From assembly GCA_963662285.2 (NCBI GenBank), contig CAXXMV010000008.1, forward strand, positions 1,472,001 through 1,536,000: a stretch of DNA of 64,000 nt. The letters are read 5' to 3'. Below the pieces are notes generated by a model. The model searched no databases and had not been told where the DNA came from. It was given only the letters and a program-made list of their open reading frames with translations. The stretch's first letter is position 1. Each line of letters opens with the position of its first letter. Positions 21,469 through 31,964 of the stretch are shown here, one piece after another. The position numbers were made by a program, and so were the translations under genes. This DNA comes from a bacterium (GTDB lineage: Bacteria; Hinthialibacterota; Hinthialibacteria; Hinthialibacterales; Hinthialibacteraceae).

Positions 21469-21960
21469 ATGACTGCTAAACCCCTCGAGACAACAATTCT
21501 CCAAACATACTCTCTTGATGAACTCCTGGATTTGATAAAAAGCAAAACGAAAATGGAGGCGGAGCAGCAGTTACAAGAAGCGCGTTTACTTGTTAATAAA
21601 CTAATTAAAACCATGGGCGGCTCAAGTATATCTCTATCAACAATAGATTCAGCAAAACCTAAAGCTAAAGGACGTAAACGGGGACGCCCCAAAAATTCCG
21701 CACCTCAAATTTCAGACTCAGAAAACATTAAATCAAATAACGCTAAACCTGGGCGAAGAAAACTATCACTGGGTAAATATATACAAAAAGTCATTGGCGC
21801 CACTCCAATGTCAATCAAAGAGATCCAAGCGGCGCTGAAAGCCAAAGGATATAGAAGCAATTCAAAAGACCCCAAACGGATTCTATATTCAGAATTAAAA
21901 AATCAAGTAAATAATAATGTGATTCAAAAAGTTGATCGTGGAATGTATGTCAAGGTATAG
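21469..21960 (+). CDS. Basic putative DNA-binding protein (AT-hook-like motif plus C-terminal winged helix)
   Basis: Lys/Arg-rich; RKRGRPK; PMSIKEIQAALKAKGY...IQKVDRGMY wHTH-like end. Confidence 0.7.
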   Translation: MTAKPLETTILQTYSLDELLDLIKSKTKMEAEQQLQEARLLVNKLIKTMGGSSISLSTIDSAKPKAKGRKRGRPKNSAPQISDSENIKSNNAKPGRRKLSLGKYIQKVIGATPMSIKEIQAALKAKGYRSNSKDPKRILYSELKNQVNNNVIQKVDRGMYVKV

Positions 21961-21989
21961 ACTCGACCTTTGCATATTCGATATTACTG

Positions 21990-22017
21990 AAGGGCGCAAG
22001 TGTTTATTTGCGCCCTT
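21990..22017 (+). terminator. Intrinsic terminator-like hairpin
   Basis: AAGGGCGCAA...TTGCGCCCTT about 30 bp after the stop codon. Confidence 0.6.
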
Positions 22018-22134
22018 GCTGATTTTAAACAGTTAATAAAAGTGGCGCCTCACAAGAAAAAAGTATTATAATACTAAAAGCAAGGCCGATAATAATAATG
22101 ATTTTTCACTCAGACTATTGATAAAGGCTAAATA

Positions 22135-22323
22135 ATGAAAGTAGTATGCCAGAAATGCAACCGGATACTTATAGACAATAAATGGATTGTTGATTTGCCT
22201 CCCATCGAAAAGGCTTCTTATACTATATGCCCTGATTGCCAGGGGAAGAAAAATGATGACAAAAAAACAACTCATGGTATGGTTTTTCAGGAATATAAGC
22301 ACCAGAAAGACAAATCCCGATAA
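22135..22323 (+). CDS. Small zinc-finger protein
   Basis: CQKC...W...SYTICPDC, 62 aa. Confidence 0.6.
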   Translation: MKVVCQKCNRILIDNKWIVDLPPIEKASYTICPDCQGKKNDDKKTTHGMVFQEYKHQKDKSR

Positions 22324-22360
22324 GAGAATTCTTTCATAATCCTATAAGATATCAATAAAA

Positions 22361-22394
22361 GAAACCGCCCGGATAGAATCATGTGGGCGGTTTC
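22361..22394. terminator. Bidirectional terminator-like hairpin between convergent genes
   Basis: GAAACCGCCC...GGGCGGTTTC. Confidence 0.6.
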
Positions 22395-22423
22395 ATAAAC
22401 ATCTACTATATAATATCTTTCGT

Positions 22424-24097
22424 CTATTTTGCTGCTTCAGGAGAAGGCGGCTTTGTTCCGGCGCCGCCTTTGGCGAAGAAAATAATAACTTCGATGATTA
22501 AGCCAACCGCCAACAGCATAATGACCGAACCAACAATAATCAGAGTCGTCTTGCCTGCACTGATAAAACTGGATAGATTCAAGATCAAAGCCCAAAAAGT
22601 GATGCCTAACATGATGACCATGGGGATGGCAGTTACCCATGAAGGCCGACGTTTAGCAACCAGATAAACGGTCGCCGTTAACAAAACCAGACCCGCCAAC
22701 AGTTGATTAGTGGTTCCAAATAGCACCCACAACGACATCCCCAGATTGGATACCACTAGTATCCAAATGGCGAAAATCGCCGCAAAAGATGAAATGAAGC
22801 GATTTTTCAGAAATCCCAAGTGGAAAGCATCTCCCATTTCTTCAACATTATAACGCAGGATACGCGTACCCGAATCGAGCGTGGTCAAAGCAAAAGAGAC
22901 GACTATTAAAGCGATGAATGTCGCCGCTAATTCCAAGGGAATGCCCAGCCAGGAGATAAAATTGGCGGCCCCTTGCACAAAGACGGAGAGTTTCGCGCCC
23001 AATCCTTTTGCGCTATCCCATGATGAATAATGCAGCAACCATGCATCCTGAGTTTTGAATCCCGCAGTACAGGCAATTGCCGCGATAATGCCCAGCGCTC
23101 CTTCAGCCAACATGGCGCCATAGCCTATGACCCGTGCATCGGACTCTTTGGCTATCTGCTTGGCTGTGGTTCCCGAAGCGACTACGCTATGGAACCCGGA
23201 GATGGCGCCGCAAGCAACAACCACGAACAACATAGGAATCATCTTCGGTAATGCAGCATTAGTATTTATTGCCGGCGCAACAATCTCCGGTTGAAATACG
23301 AACACGGCGATATACATCAATATCATTCCTATATAGAGAGCGAATGCGTTAATGAAATCTCTTGGTTGCAACAGCAGCCAAACCGGAAGAACGGATGCAG
23401 CGAAGGCATAAGCCAACAAACTATATAAAAGCGTCGTATAACTTATATGAATGGGCAAAAATGTTCCCACCCAAATGCACACAAATGTCAGAACGGTTCC
23501 GATAATACTGACAGGTAGAAGACCGATCAACTTTTTCCTCAACAAAACGCCGCAGATCATAGCAATGATCATCAACATCCCGGCTGGGAAAACGGCTCCT
23601 GGATAGGTCTGTAATTTCTCTGAACTGGCTTGTAATAATTGCGCAACCACAATTACGAAAACCGCCATAGCAAGCGCCACAGCAAAGAATATTATCAGCA
23701 AAAACAGAATCTTCGCCCGCCGACCAACCAGATTTTCGGCTACTACGCCAACCGATTTTCCCTTATTGCGAATCGACAACACCAAAGCAGACATATCATG
23801 CACGGCGCCCATCAGTATCGATCCAACCACCAACCAGATAACAGTCGGCGCCCAGCCCCAGATAACCGCCAGAGACGGCCCCAGGATAGGTGACAATCCC
23901 GCTATTGATGCAAAATGATGATTAAAAACAATCAATTTCGAAGTGGGCACATAATCCATGCCATCTTCATAGGTATTAGCGGGAGTTGGATTTGAATCAT
24001 CCAGTTGAAAAACTTTACGCGCCAGAAACCGCGAATAAAAGCGGTATCCAATGATCATTAGAATAAATGAGCCAATAATCGGAATCACGGAATTCAT
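22424..24097 (-). CDS. cstA: Carbon starvation protein A family transporter
   Basis: DGMDYVPT, HHFASIAG, GAVHD, LPVWLLLQPRD, ACGAISGFH, IGYGAMLAEG, FGTTNQLLA; GGAG RBS before MNSV. Confidence 0.92.
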   Translation of the reverse strand: MNSVIPIIGSFILMIIGYRFYSRFLARKVFQLDDSNPTPANTYEDGMDYVPTSKLIVFNHHFASIAGLSPILGPSLAVIWGWAPTVIWLVVGSILMGAVHDMSALVLSIRNKGKSVGVVAENLVGRRAKILFLLIIFFAVALAMAVFVIVVAQLLQASSEKLQTYPGAVFPAGMLMIIAMICGVLLRKKLIGLLPVSIIGTVLTFVCIWVGTFLPIHISYTTLLYSLLAYAFAASVLPVWLLLQPRDFINAFALYIGMILMYIAVFVFQPEIVAPAINTNAALPKMIPMLFVVVACGAISGFHSVVASGTTAKQIAKESDARVIGYGAMLAEGALGIIAAIACTAGFKTQDAWLLHYSSWDSAKGLGAKLSVFVQGAANFISWLGIPLELAATFIALIVVSFALTTLDSGTRILRYNVEEMGDAFHLGFLKNRFISSFAAIFAIWILVVSNLGMSLWVLFGTTNQLLAGLVLLTATVYLVAKRRPSWVTAIPMVIMLGITFWALILNLSSFISAGKTTLIIVGSVIMLLAVGLIIEVIIFFAKGGAGTKPPSPEAAK

Positions 24098-24339
24098 TTT
24101 AAAATGCTCCATTTCTATTTGATATGCAATAATAAGGTAAATCACCGATGAAATGCATTTCACCGACTGTACCATAGAGTGGTATACAAAAAAATATCAT
24201 ATTGCCGTAAACCGCTCTGACCATCATAATGTCAGAACGGTACAAAATCAAATTCAAAGAGGCCTTAGTTTCACAGAAATAGAATGTTAGGATTAAATTT
24301 ACTAAAATTTATCAATCTCTTTCTTGAGGCGTTACAGAA

Positions 24340-27300
24340 ATGAAGAAAACCACCTTTACCCTTACTCTACTATCCTGCATCTTATTAGTTCCCTCACTAT
24401 TCGCCGAAGACTGGCCCACTTACCGCGCCAATCCTGAACGCAGTGGATTCATATCACAAACACTTTCAACAGAAATAAATTTACTGTGGACCTATAATCC
24501 CGCCCATGCGCCACAACCAGCCTGGCGGGGACGCGACACCCGCATGTCATTTGATTACGCCTATCACACTGTAATCGCTGACGGTCGGTTATACTTCGGC
24601 AGTTCAGCGGATTGTAAAATATACGCCTTAAATGCGCTAACCGGAGAAGAAGAGTGGTCGGTCATTACCGACGCCCCGGTGCGATTCGCCCCGGCATTAT
24701 GGAACAACCGGGTATACGCTGTAAGCGACGATGGCTTTCTCTATTGCTTGAACGCCGACGATGGAAAAGAACTATGGAAAAAACGCGGCGCCGCCGATGC
24801 TCGTATGATCCTGGGCAATGACCGCATGGTTTCCAAATGGCCTGCGCGCGGAGGCGCCGTTATCAAAGATGGCGTCGTCTACTTTGCCGCAGGAATCTGG
24901 CCTTCTGAAGGAATCTTCATTTATGCGCTTGACGCCGCAACCGGAGACATCCATTGGCTCAACGATAAATCAGGCGGTATGGAGATGGATCAACCGCATC
25001 CCACCGCACGCGCCAAAAGCGGCGTCTCCGCTCAAGGATACCTGGTCGCTTCCCAGGATAAACTTTTCATCCCGACAGGACGAGCCGTTCCCGCCGCATT
25101 CGACCGCAAAAATGGAGAATTCCAGTATTTTCACCTGCAAGCCAACCGGGCTGAAGGCGGCTCGTACGTTATGACCGACGGTCCTCTGCTTTTTAACAGT
25201 GGAATCGGATTCAACGCCGCATCCGGCCTTCCCCAAATAAAGACATCTAGATTGTTAACCAAAACACCGCATGGCATCGCGCAAGCCTCTAATGACCAGG
25301 TTTCTATCTATCAATGGTGCATCACGGAAAAAAAAGATAGAAAAGGCAATCCCGTCAAATTTGATGACTTAAAAAACATTGCTTCCATAGAGGCGCCCTT
25401 CGCGGGAGTCTCACTGATTTGCGCTGGAAACACAGTTGTCTCTGGAGGAAAAAACGGGGTATGCCTGATTGACCTGAAAACCAATTCCGTCAAAAAAAAG
25501 ATTGCGGTAGATGGAACGCCTTACGGTCTTGCAGCAGCGGATAATCACTTATACGTCAGCACCGAAAAAGGAACTATTTACTGCTTTGGCATTGAGAAAA
25601 CTGACACGCCTAAAATAATTGTCAATCAACCTGATCTTACGCAAAATTCACCTACTAAAATCCAAAAAACCGCAGAGCAGATCATAAACCAGACTGGCGT
25701 TACCGATGGATTCTGTCTTGATCTTCAGTGCGGCGACGGCTCTCTGGCGCTGGAATTGGCCCAACAAAGCAACCTTCAGATATACGCCATAGACTCAAAT
25801 ATTGAAAATGTACTAAAAGCCCGACAAAAACTTGATCAAGCCGGTCTATATGGCGTCCGGGTTACGGTTCATCATGCCAACCCGAACCAAACAAACTATC
25901 CAGACTATTTCGCAAACCTTATAGTATCAGGCCAATCCTTTAATACCGTTAAAAATCCATATATCAAAGAAATGCAGCGCCATCAGCGTCCCTATGGTGG
26001 AATCATTTTTAATGTTAACCCCGATTCGACAGAAATTTTGGTGCGCGGCGCTTTAGAAGGCGCATCGAATTGGAGTCATCAATATTTCAATGCGGCTAAC
26101 ACCAGCTGCTCAACCGATCAACTGGTTAAAGGTCCGTTGGGAATGCTCTGGTTCAGGGATTCCGACCAGATCATGCCGTCGCGTCATGGCCGGGGCCCCG
26201 CTCCTCTGTTTTATAATGGAACTTTGTTTGTCGAAGGCATGAACACGCTAAGAGCCATCGACGCATATAACGGAAGAACTCTATGGGAATATCAATTAGA
26301 GGGAATTCTTAAATCCTACGATCAGGAACACCTGATGGGTACGGCGGGAACCGGCAGTAATTTCTGCGTTACTGAAGACGCCGTATATATACGGCAAGAT
26401 GATCGCTGCTTCTGCATTGACTCTACAACAGGTAAAAAAATCCGGGAATTCTCAGTTGAACAAATCACCCAATCACCACAAGATAAATGGGGATATATCG
26501 CTTATGTAAATGGCATCCTGCTCGGTTCAGTATTAAACCAGAAACATATTGTAAAATGGAGATATCTTGAAGGTGATATGTCCGAACAATTCACCGAATC
26601 GCACACCCTCTTTGCATTGGATGCGAAAACTGGAAAGACAAAATGGATTTATAAAGCCAAAGATTCAATCCGCCATAATTCAATCGCCGCCAGTGAGAAT
26701 CTGGTCTATTTAATCGACCGTCCACTGGCCATAATTGACCGGCTCGATTACGAGCAGACCAAAAGACGGGGAGAAGATAAAACTGAAGAAAAAACTCCAG
26801 AACATAAGCCCGGAGTGTTGCTGGCGCTGGATATTGACAGCGGCGTAGAAACATGGCGCGAAGAGCATAATATCTATGGCACCATGTTGGCGTTAAGCAG
26901 TGAGTACGACGCACTGCTGATGAGTTACCAACCAACCCGGTTTCGCTTGTCTTCAGAAATCGGCGGTAAAATGACTGCCTTTCGCGCCTCCACTGGGGAA
27001 AAATTATGGGATAAACCAGCGGAATACGGTTCACGTCCACTTATAAATGACGCTGTCATCTACGCTCAACCCGGCGCCTGGAATCTGCTTAACGGAGAAA
27101 GGCTGCCATTTGAATTTTCAAGGTCTTATGGATGCGGAACGCTGGCAGGTTCTACCAATATGCTGGTATACCGTTCAGCTACTTTAGGTTACCGCGACCT
27201 ACAAAAAGATCAGGAAACGCAGAATTACGGCGGGATACGCCCGGCTTGTTGGATCAATGCCATTCCCGCTGGAGGATTGCTATTGATGCCCAACGCCACT

Positions 27301-27360
27301 GACAGATGCACCTGCAGCTACCTAAATACTGCTTCTGTTGCGTTACAGGAATTGAAATAG
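24340..27360 (+). CDS. PQQ-like beta-propeller protein with internal methyltransferase-like domain
   Basis: EDWPTYRANPERSG, repeated YALxAxTGxxxW blades, CLDLQCGDG SAM-like segment, RSYGCG and IRPACW. Confidence 0.82.
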   Translation: MKKTTFTLTLLSCILLVPSLFAEDWPTYRANPERSGFISQTLSTEINLLWTYNPAHAPQPAWRGRDTRMSFDYAYHTVIADGRLYFGSSADCKIYALNALTGEEEWSVITDAPVRFAPALWNNRVYAVSDDGFLYCLNADDGKELWKKRGAADARMILGNDRMVSKWPARGGAVIKDGVVYFAAGIWPSEGIFIYALDAATGDIHWLNDKSGGMEMDQPHPTARAKSGVSAQGYLVASQDKLFIPTGRAVPAAFDRKNGEFQYFHLQANRAEGGSYVMTDGPLLFNSGIGFNAASGLPQIKTSRLLTKTPHGIAQASNDQVSIYQWCITEKKDRKGNPVKFDDLKNIASIEAPFAGVSLICAGNTVVSGGKNGVCLIDLKTNSVKKKIAVDGTPYGLAAADNHLYVSTEKGTIYCFGIEKTDTPKIIVNQPDLTQNSPTKIQKTAEQIINQTGVTDGFCLDLQCGDGSLALELAQQSNLQIYAIDSNIENVLKARQKLDQAGLYGVRVTVHHANPNQTNYPDYFANLIVSGQSFNTVKNPYIKEMQRHQRPYGGIIFNVNPDSTEILVRGALEGASNWSHQYFNAANTSCSTDQLVKGPLGMLWFRDSDQIMPSRHGRGPAPLFYNGTLFVEGMNTLRAIDAYNGRTLWEYQLEGILKSYDQEHLMGTAGTGSNFCVTEDAVYIRQDDRCFCIDSTTGKKIREFSVEQITQSPQDKWGYIAYVNGILLGSVLNQKHIVKWRYLEGDMSEQFTESHTLFALDAKTGKTKWIYKAKDSIRHNSIAASENLVYLIDRPLAIIDRLDYEQTKRRGEDKTEEKTPEHKPGVLLALDIDSGVETWREEHNIYGTMLALSSEYDALLMSYQPTRFRLSSEIGGKMTAFRASTGEKLWDKPAEYGSRPLINDAVIYAQPGAWNLLNGERLPFEFSRSYGCGTLAGSTNMLVYRSATLGYRDLQKDQETQNYGGIRPACWINAIPAGGLLLMPNATDRCTCSYLNTASVALQELK

Positions 27361-27401
27361 GAATAATATTGATAATTGAGAGTGTTGGGCGCATCAAGAT
27401 A

Positions 27402-29210
27402 TCAACGCGACTTGGCGTACATGATAAGTATAAAGGTAAAGAGACTGGAGAATCCCTTCATAAAAGCGCAACGTGTAAAGCCCAGGCCATAGCCCGTAAT
27501 CCAACGGGAAAACTCGCTGTGGATAAAATCTGACATTGCTCCGTTATGGAAACGTTCTAAACGTTCTATTTCGCGGCAGGCATACATAAAATCATCGCGC
27601 TTTTTCCTGTTGCCCGATTTATCATACTGGCCGGATATCCATTGATATTGTTCGCGTAATTCAGAATAGCGCGATAATTTAATCAACTGAGCTTCATTGG
27701 CGACCGAGGGACGTTTTAACCATCCAGAGTATTTCCAAACTGCATTATTGAAATTACAATTGGTCAACTGGGCGCCGTCGAAGATGGCATTACCCAAATC
27801 ACACACAAACCGAATACGGGCGCCTTCATCATGAGTGCGCTTGAGGTTGAATGATTCCCCGAAATTGGTATTCCAAAATGATACTTTACCCGAACCGAAA
27901 TTAACTGATTCCATATTCAACACATCTACGTCAAAATCAGATAATTGGAAAGAAACGCGTCCTGAAAGAAATTTGGTATTCTGAAAAGCAGCTTCTCGGC
28001 CTTTAACCTTCATTCCCTGAAACGAAGTTTGAATATTTTCAAAAAGACAGTTGAAGAAATTGAACGAATCAGTTTTGAATTCTGAACGATTCAATGAAAC
28101 TCTCTTGGAACGAAACTCTGAATCCCTGCAACTGAATAACTGCGCTTCAACATTATTGTTTAAGAACAGAAATCCATCGCCATTCAACTTTGATCGCTCA
28201 AGCAAGACTTTATCACTTTTGAAATCACAATCATTAATAGATAAAAGATGATTGCTCAAAATACCGGATAAATCAACAATTTCATCCGCTTGGAAATGAT
28301 TCTTCTTGAGAAGCAAATCACCGCCATAACATTCCAAACCGGATAAATCCACCCGGCTGCCATTGAAACGGCAATGCTCTATAGAGAGATCGCCATTAAT
28401 AACATTACCGCTGCCAAAGAAGAATTTATCACCGTTCCACCTATTTTTCCTGAATAGTACTTCACCATCCCATTCGCCCTGAGTAAATTCTGCCGTCTTA
28501 CAATCCAACAGCGAACTTTCAAAAGAAAGGCGCCCTTTGGTCTGTTTGACATCCTGGAATGATAGGCAATCAGAAGAGATGTTGGCGCTTCTGAAAGTAA
28601 AATCATTTGAGCCGATGCTTCCGCCGCGGTATATTATCGAAGGGGCTTTCAACTGAGCGGAATTATATGTTGTAATACTGCTTTTAAATGAACAAAAGAC
28701 GTATGTAATTCTTTTTTTAGCGCGCCATTTTACATTGGAGAAATCTATCTGTTCTCCCTCAAATTGACAACGATGAAACGCTAATAGATCACCGTCAAAG
28801 GCAGAATTCGCAAAGGATACATTTGAAGCGTTAAAACCGCATCGGTGAAAATAGAGGATCGAACCTCCAAAAATGCAATCTTCAAACGACAAAACCGGAC
28901 CGTCCACATGGATATTCTCGAAACGGACGCCCTGAAGGAATTTACAACCTCTAAAAGATACAATTTTTGAAGTGGTAATATTGCGTATGGTTAAACTGGA
29001 TGGGAAGACAAATCCATCAAAACTATAATCTTGTGAACGTAATTTGTTTTGGATAAGTTCTAGAAAAACTTCTTTAGGTTTGTTGGGTTCTGGAGAATGA
29101 CCTATGCAAAATCCAGAGCGGGATCCTAGCCACACCTGTTCAGAGCAGTTCCAGCCATCGGCTGGACTTGAATAGGCGCACTTTTCCCGCACTTGAATTA
29201 ATGGATACAT
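27402..29210 (-). CDS. Pentapeptide-repeat-like beta-solenoid protein with N-terminal Cys/His cluster and C-terminal hydrophobic segment
   Basis: Repeated (V/F)SFxxxxF units; C...C...FCIGH N-terminus; WITGYG near the end; start uncertain. Confidence 0.7.
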   Translation of the reverse strand: MYPLIQVREKCAYSSPADGWNCSEQVWLGSRSGFCIGHSPEPNKPKEVFLELIQNKLRSQDYSFDGFVFPSSLTIRNITTSKIVSFRGCKFLQGVRFENIHVDGPVLSFEDCIFGGSILYFHRCGFNASNVSFANSAFDGDLLAFHRCQFEGEQIDFSNVKWRAKKRITYVFCSFKSSITTYNSAQLKAPSIIYRGGSIGSNDFTFRSANISSDCLSFQDVKQTKGRLSFESSLLDCKTAEFTQGEWDGEVLFRKNRWNGDKFFFGSGNVINGDLSIEHCRFNGSRVDLSGLECYGGDLLLKKNHFQADEIVDLSGILSNHLLSINDCDFKSDKVLLERSKLNGDGFLFLNNNVEAQLFSCRDSEFRSKRVSLNRSEFKTDSFNFFNCLFENIQTSFQGMKVKGREAAFQNTKFLSGRVSFQLSDFDVDVLNMESVNFGSGKVSFWNTNFGESFNLKRTHDEGARIRFVCDLGNAIFDGAQLTNCNFNNAVWKYSGWLKRPSVANEAQLIKLSRYSELREQYQWISGQYDKSGNRKKRDDFMYACREIERLERFHNGAMSDFIHSEFSRWITGYGLGFTRCAFMKGFSSLFTFILIMYAKSR

Positions 29211-29857
29211 CAACCGTTTACCTGCGGAATAATCCAAGAAGAAAAATTAAATTGTTTAATTAATCCCGCATATTTCCTTCCTCCATTACCCCAGGGTAAT
29301 GGAAGCATCAAAAAAAAATAGGATAACTCAACCAAAATATTATCAGCCATAACTATTAAATCAAGTATATATTGTAAAATCGTATTCCAAAGAATACTAG
29401 TGAAAGAGTACCCGAATACAAATCTACATTTATACTATCGATACAATTTATCACAAAAATACAGATGCCTCCAGATCTAATAGATTTTCATAAATCTAAT
29501 TCATTCAGAAAATTAAATGAATAAATTTGATAATTTAAGAGTTATTTACACTGGTCGATATATAATTCATAAACACATTTATCTAAATTAGAATCAGAGA
29601 GAGAGAAAACTTTAGTCAATATCATAATAAATAGAAAATTATATATCTTTATTAGGATATATTGATACATTATATACATAAAAACATCCTTTAATGGACA
29701 AAATAGGCCTTATATTATCCGTTTTTTTATTTGTCCCTTACAGCCCTGAAGTTCTTATGTAATCACATTTTTTTTTGAATTAAAAATAATATAACATATA
29801 ATACAATTGATTTCGGCAAAAATTTGACAATCTTAATCAATTATCCGAGTTTCTATT

Positions 29858-30691
29858 ATGGAATCGTTCGCTGTTAATAAAAAGCCGTTTGGATCTATCA
29901 TAAAAATCCAAACTTCAATTGGAGCATTAGACATCCAAAGTCTAGATGGATGGTTCTCTAATCCAGAATCAACCAAAATACCTATATATATAGATTTAAG
30001 TAGTATAGATGCTATTGACGATTATCTGTTGGAGTACTTATTATCACAAATCAAGCGATTAAGCCTTTTGGGCGTTCCAACTACATTAGTACGCAACAAT
30101 CCCGATATTCGTAAATTGATAAGAGAATCTGGATTTGAACGGCCAGTAATGATACTCGACTTTTTAGATGAAGCGACTTTTCCGCTTGAAGCTAATGTCA
30201 AATCTAAACTTAAACTGGATTTTGAAGAAAAAACCATATCATCTAATTGCCCCAAGTGCTCAAACATTCTCCGTGAAGGAGCTTACCGATGTTTGAAATG
30301 CGGCCAGATAATCGCGACAAGACGACACGACCGCCATCCGGTAGCAATTCCTTTCTTATATGGCAAAGCAGTAGGAAACGAGTTCCTGAATTCCAACTGG
30401 CTTGGCGGCGTATCGGAAGATTTAGACATGGAATCTTTTTCCGGCATGGGTTTCTTTTCTCCCAGGGATATTCCAAAGGGATCAGAAATTCATTTTATAT
30501 TCCCGACATTGCGATGGAAAAAAAAGCAGAAGATTGATCGTTCATCCTTAACAATCTTCACAGGGCGCGTCAAAAATTCCACCCCAGTTGATAATTGGGT
30601 CAGAATCGGTATTGCTCTATTCAATATGTTTGAATATGCTGGCCGTTTCGATGTTAAAACGGAGGTGCAAGGTGATGCGCGATTGGTTTAA
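29858..30691 (+). CDS. STAS-like + zinc ribbon + PilZ-like domain protein
   Basis: YIDLSSIDAIDD (STAS-like), CPKC..CLKC, RRHDRH (RxxxR) and SFSGMGF (PilZ-like). Confidence 0.65.
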   Translation: MESFAVNKKPFGSIIKIQTSIGALDIQSLDGWFSNPESTKIPIYIDLSSIDAIDDYLLEYLLSQIKRLSLLGVPTTLVRNNPDIRKLIRESGFERPVMILDFLDEATFPLEANVKSKLKLDFEEKTISSNCPKCSNILREGAYRCLKCGQIIATRRHDRHPVAIPFLYGKAVGNEFLNSNWLGGVSEDLDMESFSGMGFFSPRDIPKGSEIHFIFPTLRWKKKQKIDRSSLTIFTGRVKNSTPVDNWVRIGIALFNMFEYAGRFDVKTEVQGDARLV

Positions 30692-31847
30692 TAAAATATA
30701 TTATATTTTTCTATTTATATTATGGATAGTAATCCCATTGTCTATATCCATCGCCGAAGAAAAATTATCGTTGCCTGTCGATCCTATCGTCGGTCCACGG
30801 GATATCCTTGAGATTCAAGTATTTAATGAACCAACCATGTCTATGAACGTGGTTGTTTCCGCATCAAGCCAGTTCTCCTTTCCTCTACTGCGCCGGGTTG
30901 ATGCTACGAATATGACTCTGGACGAACTGGGCCAACACATGGAAAAACGTTTGCTCGAAGGACGCTACCTGATCGATCCATCAGTTACGGTCAGATTCGT
31001 TGAGCAGAATTTTTTTGTCGTAACCTTATCGGGCAATGTAATATCGCCTGGAGTTGTTCCTATTTATCCGGGTATTAGATTGCGGGAATTATTTGCGCAA
31101 CGTGGTGGAATCAATAACCAACTGGCTGGACCATACATTCATATCCACGGTGACAGTAGTCGCGAATTCAAAATCCCACGCAAACAACTCGAAAATGGCG
31201 CCCCCGATGAGATGCGGGAATATAATATCGAACTGATGCCTAAAGATGAGATCATTGTTCCCAGCGCAGATGAATTTTTCGTACTGGGCGCCGTCAATAA
31301 ACCTGGAAGTTATAAACTAACTCGCAAAACTACCATAGGAGAAGCGCTTGGCATGGCGGGAGGCAGAACGGAAAATGGCGGCAACACTCTTTTCTGGCAT
31401 AGTCATCTCGCAAACGGAGATCCAGTGATTACGACATTCACCTACTCTCAATATCAGCAAAACGAAGAAATCCGCGCTTCCATCATAAATGAAAGCGACA
31501 GCATCTATATTGCTCAAGCAGACTTTGTTTTTGTGGGAGGAAAAGTGAATAAACCGGGAATGTATCCCTGGAAACCCAAAATGACCCTGCAAAGCGCCAT
31601 CATTGCAGCCGAAGGAAGACATTTCACCGCCAGCCGCACCATCATTCTAATTAGAGAAGATTCAAACGGTAAACAAGAAAAAACCAGTTATCATTTATCC
31701 GATCTTAAGAAACAGGATGTGCAGGTATACCCAGGAGATATTATCTATTCGACGGCAAACGCTTTGATTAATATCCCGTATACTATAAAACAGATCAATC
31801 CTTTTTCTTTTCCTTTACGAATGCTAGACACGGGATTGCTTGAATGA
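30675..31847 (+). CDS. Polysaccharide export protein (Wza/Poly_export plus SLBB repeats)
   Basis: VGPRDILEIQVF, FPLL, PSVTV, three G.V..PG SLBB units; GGAGGT RBS at 30661. Confidence 0.88.
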   Translation: MRDWFNKIYYIFLFILWIVIPLSISIAEEKLSLPVDPIVGPRDILEIQVFNEPTMSMNVVVSASSQFSFPLLRRVDATNMTLDELGQHMEKRLLEGRYLIDPSVTVRFVEQNFFVVTLSGNVISPGVVPIYPGIRLRELFAQRGGINNQLAGPYIHIHGDSSREFKIPRKQLENGAPDEMREYNIELMPKDEIIVPSADEFFVLGAVNKPGSYKLTRKTTIGEALGMAGGRTENGGNTLFWHSHLANGDPVITTFTYSQYQQNEEIRASIINESDSIYIAQADFVFVGGKVNKPGMYPWKPKMTLQSAIIAAEGRHFTASRTIILIREDSNGKQEKTSYHLSDLKKQDVQVYPGDIIYSTANALINIPYTIKQINPFSFPLRMLDTGLLE

Positions 31848-31964
31848 TGTATCGGCTAAAAGCGAAAGAAGAGTAATAGGGATTGTTTCCTGAAATATGA
31901 TATAATCGCTATAATTACTATAAAATGCTTAATTCTCTTAAATTTGTTATAAAATGGAATTCTT

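Noticed and set aside
24340-27360. PQQ-propeller/methyltransferase fusion as a novelty
   Set aside because: To my knowledge this architecture is common in Planctomycetes-like genomes; nothing locally unusual
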